From the NCBI GenBank assembly GCA_031409335.1, contig JANNWY010000242.1, forward strand, positions 1-23,444: a DNA stretch of 23,444 bases. The letters run 5' to 3'. The stretch comes from Chthoniobacteraceae bacterium. GTDB lineage: Bacteria > Verrucomicrobiota > Verrucomicrobiia > Chthoniobacterales > Chthoniobacteraceae. Below the pieces are notes generated by a model. That model was given only the letters and a program-made list of their open reading frames with translations, made no database searches and was not told the origin of the DNA. A program made the translations under genes and the position numbers. Each line of letters opens with the position of its first letter. The first letter of the stretch is position 1. Positions 17,717 through 23,444 of the stretch are shown piece after piece.

Positions 17717-18865
17717 ATGCGGCGTGAGATGGACCCCGGACGGTTGACCGAACGCTTCCGGGAAAACTTTGCGAGCCGCGGTGAACTTGGCGCAAGTGTC
17801 AGTGTCTGGCGGGACGGCTTGGAGATCGCGTCACTCGCGGATGGCTGGTGCGATCGGGCGAAGACGCAGCCTTGGACTGCGGCGACGCCGGTGTTGTTTT
17901 GGTCGGCAACGAAAGGGCTGGCGTCGGCGTGTTTGCTGCACGCCTTGCAGGAGCGCGGGCGCGATCTTTCGCTGCGCGTGAGCGCGTGCTGGCCGGAGTT
18001 TTCGCAAGGCGGAAAAGAGCGCATCACGATCGGCGAAATGCTGTCGCATCAGGCCGGGTTGCCCGCGCTTTCGCAGCCAGTGGCAGTGACGGACTACGAC
18101 GCGGTCGTGGAAGCGCTGGCCGCGGAGCCGCCGCACTGGCCGTCCGGTGAAGGCCACGGCTACCATCCGCGGACTTTCGGATTTCTCGTCGATGAAGTGC
18201 TGCGGCGGATCACGGGCGGCACGACGCTGCGCGAATACTGGCGCACTCATTTCGCGGAGCCGCTCGGGCTCGATGTCTGGATCGGAGTTCCACCCGAAAT
18301 CGCGGAGCGGGTCGCGCCGGTTTTCCCTGTGCAAAACGCGCTGCCGAAAGGCGACCTTTTCTACGCCGCATTTCTCACCGCGGGGTCACTCACCGCAAAA
18401 TCGTTTTCATCGCCGCGCGGTTTGCACAGCGCGACGATGATGAACAAACCGGAAGTGCTCGCAGTCTCGTTTCCCGGATTCGGCGGAGTCGGCACCGCGC
18501 GCGGCATGGCGAAGTTTTACGCGATGCTCGCGCACGGTGGTGAGCTGGACGGGCGGCGTTTTTTTGAAACCAAAACGCTCGGCTGGATGACGACGACGCT
18601 GACGCAGGGTCGCGACCGAGTGCTGCTGATGGACACCGCGTTTTCCGCCGGCTTCATGCGTGATCCGGCGGACGCGCGCGGACTAAAGACGCGCACGCTT
18701 TTCGGTCCGTCACCGACCGCATTCGGCCAGCCCGGCGCGGGCGGCAGCCACGCCTTCGCCGATCCCGAGCACGGCATTTCGTTCGCCTATGTGATGAGCC
18801 AAATGGAGCCCGGCGTCCTGCCTGGGCCGAAGGCGCTGCGGCTCGTGGAGGCGCTCTATGCGTGA
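17717..18865 (+). CDS. Serine hydrolase, beta-lactamase-related esterase family
   Basis: WSATK (SxxK), LSHQAGLP, HGYHP.TFG and FGQPGAGGS.AFADP; alternative start at 17729. Confidence 0.88.
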   Translation: MRREMDPGRLTERFRENFASRGELGASVSVWRDGLEIASLADGWCDRAKTQPWTAATPVLFWSATKGLASACLLHALQERGRDLSLRVSACWPEFSQGGKERITIGEMLSHQAGLPALSQPVAVTDYDAVVEALAAEPPHWPSGEGHGYHPRTFGFLVDEVLRRITGGTTLREYWRTHFAEPLGLDVWIGVPPEIAERVAPVFPVQNALPKGDLFYAAFLTAGSLTAKSFSSPRGLHSATMMNKPEVLAVSFPGFGGVGTARGMAKFYAMLAHGGELDGRRFFETKTLGWMTTTLTQGRDRVLLMDTAFSAGFMRDPADARGLKTRTLFGPSPTAFGQPGAGGSHAFADPEHGISFAYVMSQMEPGVLPGPKALRLVEALYA

Positions 18866-18910
18866 AGCCTGGTGATTGCGCCCGGCGCATCTGCCCTCTC
18901 TCTCGTTTCG

Positions 18911-19453
18911 TCAGCGCACGGCTTCGAGATAGACAAGATTTTCCTCGGCCGTCTGGCGTTTCCGGGAGTCTCGGATTCGTCGAACATAAAGCGCGACATC
19001 CTCCTTGCCCAAGCCATGCCGGCTGCACAGGAAGAGCACATCGGCGATGTCCTTTGGTTCCGCGCGCACGAGCTTCATCGCGGCCAGAGCCGCCGGTGGT
19101 GGCGTGGTGATCGTAAGCGCGCCCCACCGGCCAGCTTCGACCGGCACATGCTCGGGCATCTCAATGATGCCGGGCTGCACAAGTTGGAGGTATGGCCGGT
19201 CGGTTTCGCCAGTCGGATTAAAGTCGAGACCTGCTGCCATGCACGCCTTTGCCAGCGCACCACGATCGGCGTCCGACGCGGGCATCCAGACATCGAGATC
19301 GAGACTCGTCCGCCCTTCCAAACCGGCCTCCATCACCGGCCAGGCCCCGATGATTTCCAAAGTGGCCGGCGAACCGAGCGAACGCAGGTGTTCGCCGATG
19401 GCCGCGAGTTTTTCCTCCCACTGGAGGCGATTGAGGCCGGAACCTTCAGGCAT
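18911..19453 (-). CDS. DUF6036-like nucleotidyltransferase (Pol-beta superfamily, AbiEii-like)
   Basis: IIGA...RTSLDLD catalytic pattern and C-terminal MKLVR...KDIAD..FL. Confidence 0.78.
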   Translation of the reverse strand: MPEGSGLNRLQWEEKLAAIGEHLRSLGSPATLEIIGAWPVMEAGLEGRTSLDLDVWMPASDADRGALAKACMAAGLDFNPTGETDRPYLQLVQPGIIEMPEHVPVEAGRWGALTITTPPPAALAAMKLVRAEPKDIADVLFLCSRHGLGKEDVALYVRRIRDSRKRQTAEENLVYLEAVR

Positions 19454-19740
19454 CAGTCACTCTCCGCGATGCGACGAAAATAATCGTGGTAGCCGCGCAG
19501 GATGACCTCCGTCCTCAGCCGCGCGAGCTTTCGGTAGCGCGCCGGATCGGTCATGGCCAGTTGTGCCGGCACGTCACCGGCGATCGTCCGGGCAATCGCG
19601 CGGAGGATCTGGCGGGCCTCCGGCGTCCGCGCCTTGATGAGGGGCGCAATTCCCTCACCGTTTTCCGCCACCTCGGCTTCCATTGCTTCCAGTGCGCGGA
19701 TTTCCGCCTCGCGCGGATGAAGGGTTTCGACAAATGGCAT
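19453..19740 (-). CDS. Small helical hypothetical protein, coupled partner of the nucleotidyltransferase
   Basis: 95 aa; its TGA overlaps the NTase ATG (TGATG at 19453). Confidence 0.7.
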   Translation of the reverse strand: MPFVETLHPREAEIRALEAMEAEVAENGEGIAPLIKARTPEARQILRAIARTIAGDVPAQLAMTDPARYRKLARLRTEVILRGYHDYFRRIAESD

Positions 19741-19813
19741 GATGGGTGGCCGAAAGATTTACCCTAATCAGCAGAGCACTCCATCCGAAGCAAGCGCGAA
19801 CCCTGGATTGTCG

Positions 19814-20099
19814 AAACCCGATCTTGACCTCGCGCCAAAAATCCGGTTTTTACACCGCAGCAACCACTAGGATTGCCTGCGGCCCCAAATCGGTAGTTCC
19901 ATGAAAACTCCCCACCACCCCGCGGCCAGCGCGGCGCGTCAGGGGTATCCCGACAGCTCGCACCTTCCTGAGACCGGAGCCGCGGAAGTCGATACCCTCG
20001 GCTACCTCTTCTTCGGTTCCCAGACCGACGCCGTTTACCATCTCGCCTTCACCTTCCCGCACGCGGACCCGGCTTTGCTGCTGCAATTCTCCGGGATCG
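19814..20099 (+). pseudogene. Truncated, internally shortened copy of the PEP-CTERM gene and its upstream region (ORF 19901..20134)
   Basis: 19814-19915 aligns with 20805-20907. 19916-20099 aligns with 21280-21475 with 7 substitutions and a 12-nt gap. The PEP-CTERM tail is missing. Confidence 0.85.
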
Positions 20100-20109
20100 A
20101 AAATGAGCG

Positions 20110-20137
20110 TTGTCACAGATGGATCGGCAACTAAGCT
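20110..20137 (+). promoter_or_regulatory. Candidate promoter of vapBC, probably giving a leaderless mRNA
   Basis: TTGTCA-N16-TAAGCT, ending 7 nt before the ATG at 20145. Confidence 0.45.
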
Positions 20138-20144
20138 CTACCGT

Positions 20145-20324
20145 ATGCAATCGACCGTGACCAAGCGGCTGACCGCCCTCGAAAAGAAGTTCGCCGCACT
20201 GAGTCGGAAGCTGGACCAGCCGAAGGACTGGCGGCGTGCCGTGGGAACGCTGCGCGACACCAAACTGGCGCGGGAGGCAGACGAACTCGGACGTCGGTAT
20301 CGTGTCCGGCAACGGAAGCCATGA
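20145..20324 (+). CDS. Putative antitoxin of the VapC toxin (59 aa)
   Basis: Short gene directly upstream of a PIN toxin; RLTALEKK coiled coil, then DWRRAVG and ADELGRRYR, a pattern seen in VapC-linked partners. Confidence 0.75.
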   Translation: MQSTVTKRLTALEKKFAALSRKLDQPKDWRRAVGTLRDTKLAREADELGRRYRVRQRKP

Positions 20325-20328
20325 AATC

Positions 20329-20748
20329 GTGCTGGTGCTGGATACCAATCACCTGACGGAACTCGGTTACGAAAGACCGATGGGCGCCCGCTTGTCGGCA
20401 CGCTTGCAAAAATCAGCGATGGCTGCCGTGACGACGATTGTTTCCGTGGAGGAACAATTGCGCGGCTGGCTGGCGCGCATCGCAAAGATCAACGATCCCC
20501 ACCGCCAGATCGAAGCCTACGCCGAACTCGGCGCGCGGGTGAACTTCCTTGCCTCCTTCACCCTGCTGCCGTGGGACAAGGAGGCTGCGGATCGCTTCAA
20601 AAGCCTGCGCAAGCAAGGCCTCCGCATCGGCAGCATGGATCTCAAGATCGCCTGCATCACCATCGAACACGACGCCACGCTGCTGACTCGAAACACGGTG
20701 GACTTTGCGAAGGTACCGGGTCTGCGATTTGAGAACTGGCTGGATTGA
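20329..20748 (+). CDS. vapC: Type II TA system VapC (PIN domain) toxin
   Basis: GTG start gives MLVLDTNHL; SVEEQLRG, IGSMDLKIACI and LLTRNTVDF..VPGL..ENW; conserved acidic PIN residues are present. Confidence 0.92.
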   Translation: MLVLDTNHLTELGYERPMGARLSARLQKSAMAAVTTIVSVEEQLRGWLARIAKINDPHRQIEAYAELGARVNFLASFTLLPWDKEAADRFKSLRKQGLRIGSMDLKIACITIEHDATLLTRNTVDFAKVPGLRFENWLD

Positions 20749-20892
20749 GTGTCTTGATGCGCAACGGAAATTCACGATTCACGAACCGACCCCGAATGCA
20801 GACAAAACTCGACCTTGACCGCCGGGCGAAAATTCGATTTCTAAATGATAGCAATCGCCACGATTGCCCGCGGCCCCCAAATCGGTAGCTCC

Positions 20893-21633
20893 ATGAAAAC
20901 TCCCCACAGCATCGCAGCCATCCGGCAAACCACCGCCGGAAGCTCCGCGCTCCTCCCCGCCGGTGCGCCACACCGGGGAGCCCGCGACATGAACGCCCGA
21001 CCTCTCGCCCGCCGCGCCGCGCCCCTACTCGTGCCCAAGCTGCGCTTGGGCACGCCCTTGGGAGTGAAGCTGTGCTTCGCAGGCGGGGGTGTCCGCGGGC
21101 CGGAACGCGCGCTCGTCCACCCCACGCGCCCCGGTCCCACCCGCCGACACTCCCTCCACGCGAAGCACAGCTTCGCCCGCACTGGCATTCCCAAGCGCAG
21201 CTTGGGAACGAGGTCCGTACCCGGTGTGTCGTCCAGGTCGCTGACCCTGCTGCACACCACCTTTGCCATTGTGGACACCCACCCCGCGGCCAGCGCGGCG
21301 CGTCAGGCGTATCCCGACAGCCATCCCGGCGGCTCGCACCTTCCCGAGACCGGAGCCGCGGAAGTCGATACCCTCGGCTACCTCTTCTTCGGTTCCCAGA
21401 CCGACGCTGTTTACCACCTCGCGTTCACCTTCCCTCACGCGGACCCGGCTTTGCTGCTGCAATTCTCCGGCATCGGACTGGAGCGCCTGAACGATGAGAG
21501 TTGGGGCATCGACAACGTCAGCGTGAGTCTCGCCGGCGTCCCGGAGCCAACGGTGGCTGTCTCGTTGCTGATTGGTTTTGGTTTGCTGGCGGGTCGGCGA
21601 TGCCTCCTGGTAAAAAGGAAAGCAAGGAGTTGA
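20893..21633 (+). CDS. PEP-CTERM sorting-domain protein, open but probably degenerate/chimeric
   Basis: C-terminal DESWGIDNV..VPEPTVAVSLLIGFGLLAGRR. The N-half lacks a hydrophobic signal peptide and includes a translated REP-like element. Confidence 0.65.
   Translation: MKTPHSIAAIRQTTAGSSALLPAGAPHRGARDMNARPLARRAAPLLVPKLRLGTPLGVKLCFAGGGVRGPERALVHPTRPGPTRRHSLHAKHSFARTGIPKRSLGTRSVPGVSSRSLTLLHTTFAIVDTHPAASAARQAYPDSHPGGSHLPETGAAEVDTLGYLFFGSQTDAVYHLAFTFPHADPALLLQFSGIGLERLNDESWGIDNVSVSLAGVPEPTVAVSLLIGFGLLAGRRCLLVKRKARS
21028..21212. repeat. REP-doublet (REPIN-like) element
   Basis: Inverted terminal palindromes CTCGTGCCCAAGCTGCGCTTGGGCAC and TTCCCAAGCGCAGCTTGGGAACGAG; inner inverted pair GAAGCTGTGCTTCGC / GCGAAGCACAGCTTC. 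Confidence 0.85.
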
Positions 21634-21690
21634 TAGATGAGTGAGGTCAAACCGATGCAGGCGCAGACATCCGACCCTATCCATCCACCT

Positions 21691-23444
21691 ATGAAAATCA
21701 TCCGCCATCTTCTTACTGGTCTTTGCACCGTCCTCCTCCAGTTTCACTCCATCGCCGCGCCGGGGGATCTCGATCCGCTGGATCCCAATGTCGTCAGCAG
21801 CTACGTGGCGACCACGGTAGTCCAGCCGGATGGGAAGATCATTATCGGGGGAAGCTTCACCTCGGTGCTCGGGGTGCCGCGCAGCAATATCGCGCGACTC
21901 AATGCCGACGGGACTCTCGATATGGGCTTCGATCCGAAGACAAACAACGATGTCTATAGCGTGGCGGTGCAGGCGGATGGAAAGGTGCTGCTCGGCGGCT
22001 TCTTCACCACGCTCCAACCCAATAGCGCAGGCGCGGCTACCGCGCGCCAATACATTGCGCGGGTGAATGCCGATGGGACGCTGGACAACGGCTTCGATCC
22101 CAAGGCGAACGAAAAAATCTCTACGATGGCGGTGCAAGCCGATGGAAAGGTGCTGCTCGGCGGCTACTTCACTACACTCCAGCCCAACAACGCGGCCGCA
22201 GCCACCGCGCGCCAATACATCGCGCGGGTGAATGCCGACGGGACACTTGACACCGGTTTCGATCCCAAAGCGAACAACTGGATCCTCAGCGTGGCGGCGC
22301 AGGCGGATGGGAAGGTGCTGCTCGGCGGCTACTTCACCACGCTCCGGCCCAACGGCGCAGGCGCGGCTACCGCGCGCCAATACATCGCGCAGGTGAATGC
22401 GGACGGGACGCTGGATACCGGCTTCGATCCCAAGGCGAACAACTTTGTGTTTTGCATGGCGGTGCAAGCCGATGGAAAGGTGCTGCTCGGCGGCTCCTTC
22501 ACCACGCTCCAGCCCAATGGCGCGGGCGCAGCCACCGCGCGCCAGCGCATCGCGCGGGTGAATGCCGACGGGACGCTCGACACCGGTTTCGATCCCAACG
22601 CGGAAACCCTCGTCGTTAGTGTGGCAGTGCAGGCGGATGGGAAGGTACTGCTCGGCGGCTACTTCACCATGCTTCAGCCCAACGGCTCGGGCATAGCCAC
22701 CGCGCGCCAGCGGATCGCACGGGTAAATGCCGACGGGACACTCGATACCGGCTTCGATCCCAACGCGGACAACGCCGTCCTTAGTATCGCAGTGCAAGCA
22801 GATGGGCGGGTGCTGCTCGGGGGATCCTTCAACGTGCTTCGGCCAAATGGTGCGAGCACGGCGACCACGCGCAACCGCTTTGCCAGGCTCCAGAACGACC
22901 CGGCCACGCAAACCCTCTCCGCGGCCGACGCGACGCAGGTGCTCTGGCAGCGCGGCGGCGCCGGGCCGGAGCTGTCCCGCGTCATGTTCGAGCTGAGCAC
23001 CAATGGCGGCGCGAGTTGGACCTTGCTCGGTGTCGGCACCCGCGTCGGCACTACGGGAAACTGGCAGCGCGACGGCCTCGCGCTCCCTGCCAGCGGCTCC
23101 GTCCGCGCCCGCGGCGCGACGACCGGAGGTTATCAGAACGGCAGCTCCGGCTTGATCGAGCAGGTGGCAGCGTTCAGCATTCTCACGCCACTCCAGCAAT
23201 GGAAGTTCACCGAACTAGGCGACGCCAACGCCCCCGACCTCGGCGACACCGACTTCGACGGCCTCGTCCACCTCGCCGAATACGCGCTGAACCTTTCCCC
23301 CACCGCGCCCAGCCTGCCGCCGCCCGCCGAGCGCCACCTTTACGCCGAAGGCGAACGGCTGCGGATGTTCTTCACGCGCGACCCGGCGCGCAACGACGTG
23401 ACGCTCGAAGTGCAGTCCGCCGACAGCCCCGCCGGCCCGTGGAC
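21691..23444 (+). CDS. Secreted delta-60 (DUF5122-type) repeat beta-propeller protein, 3' end outside window
   Basis: Absent from the ORF track because there is no stop in the window. Read manually: MKIIRHLLTGLCTVLLQFHSIAAPGDLD, seven QxDGK/R.LLGG.F blades, NDPATQTL..WQRGG..PEL domain, then QWK..D.D.DG...LAEYAL. An alternative in-frame ATG at 21637 follows AGGAG. Confidence 0.92.
   Translation, partial: MKIIRHLLTGLCTVLLQFHSIAAPGDLDPLDPNVVSSYVATTVVQPDGKIIIGGSFTSVLGVPRSNIARLNADGTLDMGFDPKTNNDVYSVAVQADGKVLLGGFFTTLQPNSAGAATARQYIARVNADGTLDNGFDPKANEKISTMAVQADGKVLLGGYFTTLQPNNAAAATARQYIARVNADGTLDTGFDPKANNWILSVAAQADGKVLLGGYFTTLRPNGAGAATARQYIAQVNADGTLDTGFDPKANNFVFCMAVQADGKVLLGGSFTTLQPNGAGAATARQRIARVNADGTLDTGFDPNAETLVVSVAVQADGKVLLGGYFTMLQPNGSGIATARQRIARVNADGTLDTGFDPNADNAVLSIAVQADGRVLLGGSFNVLRPNGASTATTRNRFARLQNDPATQTLSAADATQVLWQRGGAGPELSRVMFELSTNGGASWTLLGVGTRVGTTGNWQRDGLALPASGSVRARGATTGGYQNGSSGLIEQVAAFSILTPLQQWKFTELGDANAPDLGDTDFDGLVHLAEYALNLSPTAPSLPPPAERHLYAEGERLRMFFTRDPARNDVTLEVQSADSPAGPW
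21901..22890 (+). repeat. Six tandem 165-bp (55-aa) coding repeats
   Basis: AATGC.GA.GG starts at 21901, 22066, 22231, 22396, 22561 and 22726, an exact 165-nt period. Confidence 0.95.

Noticed and set aside
17717..18865. Antibiotic-resistance beta-lactamase
   Set aside because: No signal peptide, and the motifs (HGYH, FGQPGAGGS instead of KTG) fit cytoplasmic esterases of the family.
19901..21475. Diversity-generating retroelement TR/VR pair
   Set aside because: Differences between the copies are not adenine-specific on either strand and are mostly synonymous; no reverse transcriptase is in the window.
21901..22890. CRISPR-like array (constant repeat plus variable spacer)
   Set aside because: The period is 165 nt, in frame within a protein, with degenerate third positions; there are no cas genes.
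21025..23199. 724-aa minus-strand ORF
   Set aside because: Antisense shadow of the delta-60 and PEP-CTERM genes; the plus-strand frame has the signal peptide and recognisable repeats.

Overview
GC-rich bacterial chromosomal window, most likely Verrucomicrobiota (inferred from the DUF1549/DUF1553 + DUF1501 pair, PEP-CTERM and delta-60 proteins, and the long L28 form). Positions ~600-18900 are mostly core or metabolic genes: a RelE-like protein, class V PLP enzyme, MFS transporter, Dabb protein, a stand-alone nuoA, GNAT, rpmB, COG0523 GTPase, amidohydrolase, PstS-like binding protein, two tail-anchored coiled-coil proteins, an ABC-type permease, an RlmI-type methyltransferase, a cytochrome-c/PSD1 protein, DUF1501 and a serine hydrolase. 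Several palindromic and heptameric repeats lie between them. Both ends look accessory. At the left end an esterase gene is cut by AT-rich DNA. From ~18900 there is a DUF6036-like nucleotidyltransferase plus small partner (candidate toxin-antitoxin pair), then a vapBC module between two diverged direct copies of a PEP-CTERM gene 5' region, one copy carrying a REP-like element read through in frame. Last is a secreted delta-60 propeller protein whose 165-bp repeats have a hypervariable window; it runs off the window. No rRNA, tRNA, CRISPR array, or recognisable integrase/transposase/reverse transcriptase was seen. All family calls come from motif recognition by eye, not database searches.
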